Shown here piece after piece: positions 57,553-64,000 of a DNA stretch of 64,000 nt. Numbering within the stretch: the stretch's first letter is position 1; each line of letters opens with the position of its first letter. Both the position numbers and the translations under genes were made by a program. Below the pieces are notes generated by a model, which saw only the letters and a program-made list of their open reading frames with translations, did not search any database and was not told where the DNA came from. Source of the stretch: a virus (lineage: Duplodnaviria > Caudoviricetes); the IMG/VR virus record IMGVR_UViG_3300012979_000039, positions 1 through 64,000 of that record, one strand, 5' to 3'.

Positions 57553-57753
57553 ATGATTACCGGAATCAAGCCAAACGTGAACAAGGAGCGCAGGTATTCA
57601 GTGCCTGAGACCTATACACTTCTTGGCATCAATCGCAAGACACTGATGAAGTACACGGAGCGGCAGCAGATTATCCCAATCGTACACTCGGCTAATAACC
57701 GCCTATACTACACGGGAGAAGAAATACTCCGCTTCTGGAACGCAGTTTCATAA
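57553..57753 (+). CDS. excisionase-like HTH protein
   Basis: YSV.ET..LLGINRKTL.KY...RLYYTGEEILRFW. Confidence 0.7.
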   Translation: MITGIKPNVNKERRYSVPETYTLLGINRKTLMKYTERQQIIPIVHSANNRLYYTGEEILRFWNAVS

Positions 57754-57777
57754 CATTAACATTTTAATACTACACAA

Positions 57778-58638
57778 ATGGAAACATTACAAGTGACTCA
57801 GATTCAGAGAGCAGAAACACTTGAAGCTCTCAATCGTTCTGAAATCGACATCCAGATTTCAACAGCAAAGAAGTTCCCTCGTTCAGTGGAACAGTCAACC
57901 AAGAGGATAATGGCACTTGCCACTATTGATGAAGAAACCGCACAAGAGTGCTTTTACTCCCTCCGCAGGGGCAAAGGCGAAAGTGCATCAGCAGTAGAAG
58001 GACCGAGCGTAAGACTTGCGGAGATCGTCGCAGCATCTTGGGGCAATCTCAGAGTTCAGTCGCAGGTTGTGAGCAATGACGGCAAGTTCATCACAGCAAG
58101 GGGTATATGTCACGACCTCGAAACTAACACCGCAGTATCTTGTGAAGTGCAGAGAAGAATCACTGACAAGTACGGCAAGACATTCAGCGAAGATATGCAG
58201 GTCGTTACCGGCAACGCGGCTGGCGCAATCGCCTTTAGAAATGCCGTATTCAAGGTAGTGCCAAAGGCAGTGATAAACAATACCGTCAAGGCAATCAAAC
58301 AGGTGGCAATCGGTCAAGCAAACAATCTTGAGGAACGCAAGAGCAATATGCTCAAGTTCTTTGCTTCTATCGGCGTGACAAGGGAAATGGTGCTGTCGTA
58401 CCTTGAGGTCGAGGCAACCGAGCAGATAGATATGGAAATGGTAATGGAAATGGTTGGTCTTGTCAACGCAATCAAGGAAGGCACGACCACAAAGGAGGAA
58501 GCCCTTATCAATCCATACAACGAGAAGATGCGCAGCAAGACCGCTACAAAAGCAGCAACAGCAACACAGAGCAAGGTCGCAGCAGCATTGCAGAAGCAGG
58601 GCGAGGGAATGTTTGAAGATGATCTTCCAAACGCATAG
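57778..58638 (+). CDS. putative single-strand annealing/recombination protein
   Basis: EID.QI.TAK.FPRS; GPSVRLAE.VA..WGNL; adjacent to a YqaJ exonuclease. Confidence 0.55.
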   Translation: METLQVTQIQRAETLEALNRSEIDIQISTAKKFPRSVEQSTKRIMALATIDEETAQECFYSLRRGKGESASAVEGPSVRLAEIVAASWGNLRVQSQVVSNDGKFITARGICHDLETNTAVSCEVQRRITDKYGKTFSEDMQVVTGNAAGAIAFRNAVFKVVPKAVINNTVKAIKQVAIGQANNLEERKSNMLKFFASIGVTREMVLSYLEVEATEQIDMEMVMEMVGLVNAIKEGTTTKEEALINPYNEKMRSKTATKAATATQSKVAAALQKQGEGMFEDDLPNA

Positions 58639-58665
58639 AGGGCAGCTACTTAATACTACACGCAA

Positions 58666-59634
58666 ATGGCTAATTTCACAATCAGAGCCAATAATCACAA
58701 AGAGTGGTTGGAGGCAAGGAAAGGAGGTATCGGTGCATCAGAGATAGGCACCATCCTCGGTGTCAATCCATACGACACTCCTTATCAGTTGTGGCTCCGC
58801 AAGACAGGCAGAGTACAGGAAGTAGAGAGCGAGAACTTCCTAATGAAAGCGGGACACTATCTTGAAGATGCAATCTCAAAGTTCTGTGCCGATGAAACCG
58901 GCATCGAGATCATCAAGCGTTCCGCAGAGGAGTTCGTCGTAGTCAATCAAGATAAGCAGTTCCTCCGTGTTAGTCCCGACCGATATGCTTGGCTGCCTAA
59001 TGCGAAGCACACACAAGATAACAAGGTTGTCGTTGAATGCAAGTCAACACAGAAGCAGATATTCGATGATGATATTCCTCTCACTTGGTTCACGCAGGTG
59101 ATATATCAACTTGGCGTGTGCGAAATGAATCAGGCATATCTTGCTTGGCTGACACAAGGCAGGGACTTCGGATATAAGCATATCGTTTTTGACAAGGACT
59201 TCTACAATGATGTAATCGTTGCGGAAATCGAAAAGTTCTGGGTTGATAACATCCTCGGAGACCAGGAGCCTGCTCTTTTGAACATCGAAGATGTGAAGAG
59301 AAAGTATCCGATTCACAATGTCGGAAAGTCAGTCGAAGCGACAGATGAACTCCTTGACAGGTATCACACTCTTGTCGATGTGAATGCAAAGATAAAGGAA
59401 CTTTCGGCTATCAAAACAGAGGCCGAGAATGCCCTCAAATTTGCCCTTCAAGACGCGGAAAGTCTAATTATACCAGCGACAAACGAAATGCCGTTCAAGA
59501 CCCTTGCTACTTGGAAAGCAGCCAAGGAATCAAGCAAGTTCGACGAGAAGGCATTTGCAGCGGAGAATCCAGAACTGTATTCAAGATATATGGTCACTAC
59601 TCCGGGCAGTCGCAGATTCATGCTTAAACAGTAA
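58666..59634 (+). CDS. YqaJ-like viral recombinase exonuclease
   Basis: WL..RK.GIGASE...ILG.NPY.TPYQLW..KTG; SPDR; VECKS; Q.IYQLGV. Confidence 0.9.
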   Translation: MANFTIRANNHKEWLEARKGGIGASEIGTILGVNPYDTPYQLWLRKTGRVQEVESENFLMKAGHYLEDAISKFCADETGIEIIKRSAEEFVVVNQDKQFLRVSPDRYAWLPNAKHTQDNKVVVECKSTQKQIFDDDIPLTWFTQVIYQLGVCEMNQAYLAWLTQGRDFGYKHIVFDKDFYNDVIVAEIEKFWVDNILGDQEPALLNIEDVKRKYPIHNVGKSVEATDELLDRYHTLVDVNAKIKELSAIKTEAENALKFALQDAESLIIPATNEMPFKTLATWKAAKESSKFDEKAFAAENPELYSRYMVTTPGSRRFMLKQ

Positions 59635-59690
59635 TTCACTATGCTATGTGCTGAGATTTTGTCTTGGCACATAGCTTAAATTGTATCTAT

Positions 59691-60005
59691 ATGGAATATA
59701 AAGAAATTACAATAAAGCTCCCAATCATCAAAGTAAAGCAGAATGTGGATATATACTCCTATGATTGGGCAAAAGATAATACCCCAGAGGGAATGTATAT
59801 TGTTGACAACGGTATAATTCGTTTCCTTTGCTCTAGACACTTGGATTATTCTCCGAGTTGTATGGAACTGCCGACCGGTATCATCGACTCTGCTATTGCT
59901 CACGAAGTTCAAGAAACAACATTGGTGCAAGTCCTCGCAGCTCTCAATTCAATGCTCGAAGCCCTTAAAGACAATTCTGACAAGATAAGAGAGGCGAAAA
60001 AATAG
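59691..60005 (+). CDS. hypothetical protein
   Basis: ORF in the rightward early operon. Confidence 0.5.
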   Translation: MEYKEITIKLPIIKVKQNVDIYSYDWAKDNTPEGMYIVDNGIIRFLCSRHLDYSPSCMELPTGIIDSAIAHEVQETTLVQVLAALNSMLEALKDNSDKIREAKK

Positions 60006-60011
60006 ATTATT

Positions 60012-60239
60012 ATGAAAGAATTGTTACATGAATTAAGGCTTGACACTCTGATTCAAGGTATGGATGTCAGCAGTTATATCGCACAGTTGCTTGAGAAGAA
60101 TGACAACCAGGAGATTGAGATAGAGAGAGGCAAGTTGAGTGTTGCGATGCTCAAGCAGATGAATAATCACAGTCGCTTGGTGCTTGATGCTTACAAGTAC
60201 AAGTTGAAGGCTTCTGAATTGAAGAATATAGAACCGTAA
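60012..60239 (+). CDS. hypothetical protein
   Basis: 75-aa helical ORF. Confidence 0.55.
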   Translation: MKELLHELRLDTLIQGMDVSSYIAQLLEKNDNQEIEIERGKLSVAMLKQMNNHSRLVLDAYKYKLKASELKNIEP

Positions 60240-60248
60240 ATAATAACA

Positions 60249-60350
60249 ATCGGGTAGGCTGTACTACCTTAATACGAGGGAATTTTCCACTCGGAAAGAC
60301 TGTCTAACTAGTTGCTATACAGCTACAGCACGCCCCACATCGTTTTATCC
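60249..60350 (+). ncRNA. natural single-guide-like RNA upstream of dead Cas12f
   Basis: Homologous to the tracr at 61520-61575 with compensatory stem changes; loop GCTGTA complementary to TACAGC (60324-60329), followed by a putative guide. Confidence 0.6.
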
Positions 60351-60359
60351 TAAATCGCT

Positions 60360-61511
60360 ATGGTTATCACAAGAAGAATTGAAGTCTTTATCTGCGAGGA
60401 TGATAAAGACCTCCGTAAGTCGTATTACGAAAAACTCTACGACAACAGTAAGGCGGCAGTCGCTACCGCTAATATGGCTATCTCGCATTTGTATATGCTT
60501 GACAATACAACCCCTTATCTCTCGGAAGAAGATAGAGAGAAGATAGTCTATCTCGGAGCAAAGGGAAGTGCTGCAACAAGAAACAATGCACCCTATGTCA
60601 AGGCTTCCGAGATGTTCAAAGGAAAGGCGGATATGGGTATGCTTTCCTGCGTATGTCAGGAAGTACGAAAGGTCTATCAGGACGACCGAAAGAAAGGAAT
60701 GTGGAATAGGTCACTCCGTTCATATAAGGCGAATATGCCAATGCCGTTTAAGGCGGAAAGATTCTGTGATCTTCGCATTTCCGAATATCACGATAAGGAA
60801 GATACTGTCCGCAAAGGGTGCCTCTTCACTCTTATGGGTATCCCTTTCCAATGTAGATTCGGCAGGGATAGGAGTAACAACAGAGTGATTGTGGAAAGAG
60901 TCATAGAGGGAGATTACAAGATGTGTACATCTTCCATTCAGATTGATGGGAAGAAGATATATCTGCTTTTGCGTGTCGATATTCCTGTTCAGGAACATAA
61001 ACTGACAGAGGGTAAACAGATATTCGCCTTCCTTGGAGTAATGAATCCTATTGTATGCACTACGGATATAAATTATAATCTCTGTGGCGAGAGCAAGACC
61101 AAGAGTGTTGTTTGGGAGATAGGAACAAAGGAAGAGTTCAACTATCGCAGAAGGCAGATTCAGGAAGCGGTTTGGAGATGTCAGAAGCAGAACAAATATA
61201 GCACGGGAGGTAAGGGCAGAAAGAGGAAGTGTCAGGCAATAGAACGATACCACGAAAAGGAAATGAACTATGTAGACACGAAACTCCATACTTATTCCCG
61301 TGAACTGGTGGATTTAGCCATCAAGCACAAGTGTAGTGAGATAGTTCTCATGTCGCAGAAGAAGAGGGAAGAGAAAGCCAAGAAGGACAACGCAGTTGAA
61401 GAGAAGAACAATCATGAAGAGTTCGTCCTTCGCAACTGGTCTTACTATGGCTTGAAGGAGAAGATTTCCTACAAGTGTAAGATGGCCGGGATTAAGTTGA
61501 TAGAAGAATAA
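60360..61511 (+). CDS. cas12f: nuclease-dead Cas12f-like protein
   Basis: G.GRKRK; H.YSR.LVD.A.K..C..I; LRNWSYY.L..KI.YK...AGI align to Cas12f; RuvC-I Asp and RuvC-II Glu replaced (AFLGV, IVLMSQ); ends before the Zn finger and RuvC-III. Confidence 0.85.
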   Translation: MVITRRIEVFICEDDKDLRKSYYEKLYDNSKAAVATANMAISHLYMLDNTTPYLSEEDREKIVYLGAKGSAATRNNAPYVKASEMFKGKADMGMLSCVCQEVRKVYQDDRKKGMWNRSLRSYKANMPMPFKAERFCDLRISEYHDKEDTVRKGCLFTLMGIPFQCRFGRDRSNNRVIVERVIEGDYKMCTSSIQIDGKKIYLLLRVDIPVQEHKLTEGKQIFAFLGVMNPIVCTTDINYNLCGESKTKSVVWEIGTKEEFNYRRRQIQEAVWRCQKQNKYSTGGKGRKRKCQAIERYHEKEMNYVDTKLHTYSRELVDLAIKHKCSEIVLMSQKKREEKAKKDNAVEEKNNHEEFVLRNWSYYGLKEKISYKCKMAGIKLIEE

Positions 61512-61519
61512 AGACAATA

Positions 61520-61605
61520 TATCGGGGTGGTTGCACACCCTTAACGGGAGGATTTCTCACTCCTGAAATACCTTTACGAAAGTGGTTTGTAGGTAGTTAT
61601 GTCGG
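61520..61605 (+). ncRNA. tracrRNA candidate
   Basis: GGGTG-GTTGCA-CACCC hairpin whose loop complements the repeat end TGCAAC; AATACCTT complements AAGGTAT in the repeat. Confidence 0.7.
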
Positions 61606-61609
61606 ATAG

Positions 61610-61775
61610 GTTGTAAATACCTATAAAACTTAAGGTATATGCAACTCCTCTGTGTTTATGGAAAATTCAATCTGTTGTAAATACCTATAAAAACTCAAGG
61701 TATATGCAACATCGGAGAAAACTTGCCCTCATAAAGACGGTTGTAAACACCTATAAAATTCAAGGTATATGCAAC
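61610..61775 (+). CRISPR. mini CRISPR array: 3 repeats (36-37 bp), 2 spacers (28, 29 bp)
   Basis: GTTGTAAATACCTATAAAACTTAAGGTATATGCAAC at 61610-61645, 61674-61710, 61740-61775; GTTG...ATGCAAC ends as in type V-F; partial ATATGCAAC at 61793-61801. Confidence 0.92.
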
Positions 61776-61848
61776 AACAGCCACAAACTACAATATGCAA
61801 CGAGGACAATTTTATCTTATCTAAACAAATTGTTTAATAAATAGGCAA

Positions 61849-62028
61849 ATGGAAATATTAAAAAAAGGAACAACTGAACATTTCCCGAAAAGGAAGTTTA
61901 CTTGCCCCGACTGTGGGTGTGTATATATAGCGAAATGGAACGAGGTAAATAAGTTTCCAATACCTCATACTATTTGCCCGACCTGTGAAAGACAAATAGA
62001 TTGGGCGGACGGTGCGGATATAGAATAA
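61849..62028 (+). CDS. zinc-ribbon protein (59 aa, not in ORF track)
   Basis: CPDCG...CPTC. Confidence 0.7.
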   Translation: MEILKKGTTEHFPKRKFTCPDCGCVYIAKWNEVNKFPIPHTICPTCERQIDWADGADIE

Positions 62029-62039
62029 AGCATATCAAA

Positions 62040-62702
62040 ATGAATATAGAAGTATTGAATAAGGTTGATATAAGTTCCTTGAAAGAGCGAGTGATGCAAG
62101 GGCGGTTTATCAAGGTGCTGCCGGCATCCGTCTGGCGTGAATATGATTGGGCAGCAGTCCGTCAGTTGATGCACGAAACAGGAACTTATGTTCTTCCAAC
62201 GCAAGAGTTGATTGATTATCTCGCAAGAGAGATAGAGGGAATGCGAACCATTGAGATAGGTGCAGGTAACGGCGTAGTCGGCAGAACTCTCGGAATACCG
62301 ATTACGGACAGTTGCTTGCAGAGGGACAACAAGGCTGTAAGGCAGCATTACGCCATTTGTGGTCAGCCGATAATAAACTACCCAAAGGATATTATCAAAG
62401 CCGAAGCAATGGAGGCTGTAAGGCGTTTTAAGCCGGAGGCGGTTATTGGTTGCTATGTCACTCACAAGTGGCGCAACGACACGCAGTCCGGCAACGATTG
62501 GGGCATCGACTTTGAGCGACTGCTTGCCTCTGTCAAGAAATTCATTCTTGTAGGCAACAGAGTGACGCACAGAGATAATCCGATAATGGTTTTGCCGCAC
62601 ATAGAAGAACGATTCCCTGGTCTTATCACAAGAGCAGGAATAGACGAACCAACTAACTGTGTTTTTATATGGGAAAGAGAGAGAGTAAACGCAGAGTGTT
62701 AA
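62040..62702 (+). CDS. class I SAM-dependent methyltransferase-like protein
   Basis: TIEIGAGNG motif I; ITDS; A.EAV..FKP..VIG. Confidence 0.6.
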   Translation: MNIEVLNKVDISSLKERVMQGRFIKVLPASVWREYDWAAVRQLMHETGTYVLPTQELIDYLAREIEGMRTIEIGAGNGVVGRTLGIPITDSCLQRDNKAVRQHYAICGQPIINYPKDIIKAEAMEAVRRFKPEAVIGCYVTHKWRNDTQSGNDWGIDFERLLASVKKFILVGNRVTHRDNPIMVLPHIEERFPGLITRAGIDEPTNCVFIWERERVNAEC

Positions 62703-62977
62703 GAGTTATCCGACACATCAACAAGGTTATTCGCAAGCAGGGAGTATATAGTTGCGTGGTTGCTGAAATCTATGATTCATCTTTGAGAAAAATAACGAAG
62801 CACGCACCGGCTTGGTATGAGACTACTTGGCACGATGACCGTATCCTTGCTCTCCGATTCTTGAGAAGCAAAGGCTATGTGGTTAGTGTGCGACAGCAAT
62901 GGGCGAATAGTCCGTCCTACTTCAAAGGAGAATTGTTCTATATGAATATGACAAGGATATCAATTAGTAAACCGTAA
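62669..62977 (+). CDS. hypothetical protein
   Basis: Packed ORF. Confidence 0.5.
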   Translation: MGKRESKRRVLRVIRHINKVIRKQGVYSCVVAEIYDSSLRKITKHAPAWYETTWHDDRILALRFLRSKGYVVSVRQQWANSPSYFKGELFYMNMTRISISKP

Positions 62978-62983
62978 TGAGAT

Positions 62984-63166
62984 ATGAAAAGACTGTTTTT
63001 TAGACTGCGGTACTACCTGTATAAAGAGAAAGACCGCAATGGCCGGTGGGCGATAATCGTCCGCGACAAAAGAAAGAAGAAAGAGTACATCCTTTGCGAG
63101 AAGTATCTTGCAAAGAAAAGTGCCGAGGATAGAATTAAGGAGATATATAAAGAAGGAGAATGGTAG
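62984..63166 (+). CDS. hypothetical protein
   Basis: Packed ORF. Confidence 0.5.
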   Translation: MKRLFFRLRYYLYKEKDRNGRWAIIVRDKRKKKEYILCEKYLAKKSAEDRIKEIYKEGEW

Positions 63167-63167
63167 T

Positions 63168-63350
63168 ATGAAGCACATTGAAATATCATGCAACTCGCTT
63201 GCAGAGTGCTATGCACGATTAAGAGACTGCGATTTGATTTATGTCTCCGACCTCGGCAAGAAGTCGAAGGTTGTGATTGACATAGACACGGACTCGCCAT
63301 TCGATGGGTCGTTTATCAATATACCAGAGTGTGAGGAGGAAAGGTTATGA
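63168..63350 (+). CDS. hypothetical protein
   Basis: ATG one base after the previous stop. Confidence 0.5.
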   Translation: MKHIEISCNSLAECYARLRDCDLIYVSDLGKKSKVVIDIDTDSPFDGSFINIPECEEERL

Positions 63351-63736
63351 AAACGCTTGACTTAGTATTGAAGCGAAAGTGGTTTGAGATGATCGCATCC
63401 GGGGAAAAGACCGAAGAGTATAGGGAGATCAAGCCGTACTGGATAAAGAGGCTTATAGAGGAGAGAGACCCTGCACATCACGACTACTATGAGAAAATAA
63501 CAAGCATTCGTGCTGAGTTCTTTTCCGATAGAGTCATTATGTTACAGTATTACTTGGAAGAAGGTTTTGTTAGACGCAAGAACTATGACACTGTGACATT
63601 CTACCTCGGCTACTCAAAAGACCGACCTTCGATGACGTTCAAAATAAAAGACATCGTTATTTCAAGAGGGAAGCAAGAATGGGGTGCAGTATATGGAGAA
63701 TACTATTTTGTATTAAAATTAGGAGAAAGATTATGA
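63347..63736 (+). CDS. ASCH domain protein
   Basis: L.LK.KWFEMIASGEKTEEYREIKPYW..RL; F..GY; WGA. Confidence 0.8.
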   Translation: MKTLDLVLKRKWFEMIASGEKTEEYREIKPYWIKRLIEERDPAHHDYYEKITSIRAEFFSDRVIMLQYYLEEGFVRRKNYDTVTFYLGYSKDRPSMTFKIKDIVISRGKQEWGAVYGEYYFVLKLGERL

Positions 63737-63942
63737 AGAACGTAAACACAGGAATACTCCTCACGCCAACAGAAGCGAGAGGTATTGCGGACATATTGAG
63801 ACTAATCGCAAATATGGAAGACTATGACGAGATTATTAGCGAGGACATAGAGGATGAACGTAAGTCTGCAAAAAGGCTCTATAACCGCCTCTATCCGTTG
63901 CTTCTAATGGGATTCTTAGAGAAAATCCAAGAGAGCAGGTAG
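63733..63942 (+). CDS. hypothetical protein
   Basis: Overlaps the ASCH stop codon. Confidence 0.5.
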   Translation: MKNVNTGILLTPTEARGIADILRLIANMEDYDEIISEDIEDERKSAKRLYNRLYPLLLMGFLEKIQESR

Positions 63943-64000
63943 GGAACTAAAATATTGCCCATTTTTATAAGAAAAATTTTTATTATTTTAAAATATTTTA

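Noticed and set aside
57988-58698. 236-aa minus-strand ORF
   Set aside because: Antisense to a well-supported gene; Cys/Leu-rich composition typical of shadow frames.
60279-60289. Spacer 1 self-targeting the upstream RNA (GAATTTTCCA match)
   Set aside because: Only 10 AT-rich bases, not at the spacer 5' seed; compatible with chance.
60360-61511. IS200/605 TnpB transposon
   Set aside because: No tnpA or IS ends; RuvC is inactivated and truncated; a CRISPR array and tracr are adjacent.
1-64000. Alternative genetic code (stop-codon recoding)
   Set aside because: Long genes are intact in code 11 and all three stop codons end genes normally.

Overview
The window looks like most or all of a temperate, siphovirus-type phage genome of a Bacteroidales host, opened within its early/replication region. 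Host inference rests on repeated TAnnTTTG promoters and PcfJ/AcrIIA9-like and DUF5053-like genes. Gene order: replication (initiator with iterons, DnaC-like loader); a variant initiator-type tRNA-Met; an accessory/modification block (DUF4417-like, guanine deaminase, ParB-N protein, GT-A glycosyltransferase, UDP-glucuronate decarboxylase, UDP-glucose dehydrogenase, radical SAM); terminase and portal; a MuF head protein with an intein and a C-terminal ADP-ribosyltransferase, facing an ADP-ribosylhydrolase; a leftward early/anti-defence block; head, tail and lysis genes; a six-gene cassette of unknown function; integrase with an intact attP (3' half of tRNA-Arg); a CI/Cro switch; recombination genes; and a RuvC-dead Cas12f-like gene. 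Three candidate systems stand out. (1) The dead Cas12f has a downstream tracrRNA plus 3-repeat mini-array, and a second upstream RNA with a covarying scaffold that looks like a natural single guide. (2) A promoter- and terminator-bounded ~65-nt RNA behind the integrase is antisense (up to 18 nt) to a motif at the start codons of about 11 early genes. (3) A UDP-xylose pathway plus glycosyltransferase next to the terminase may encode a new DNA or virion xylosylation. All family names come from motif recognition by eye; no database search was run.
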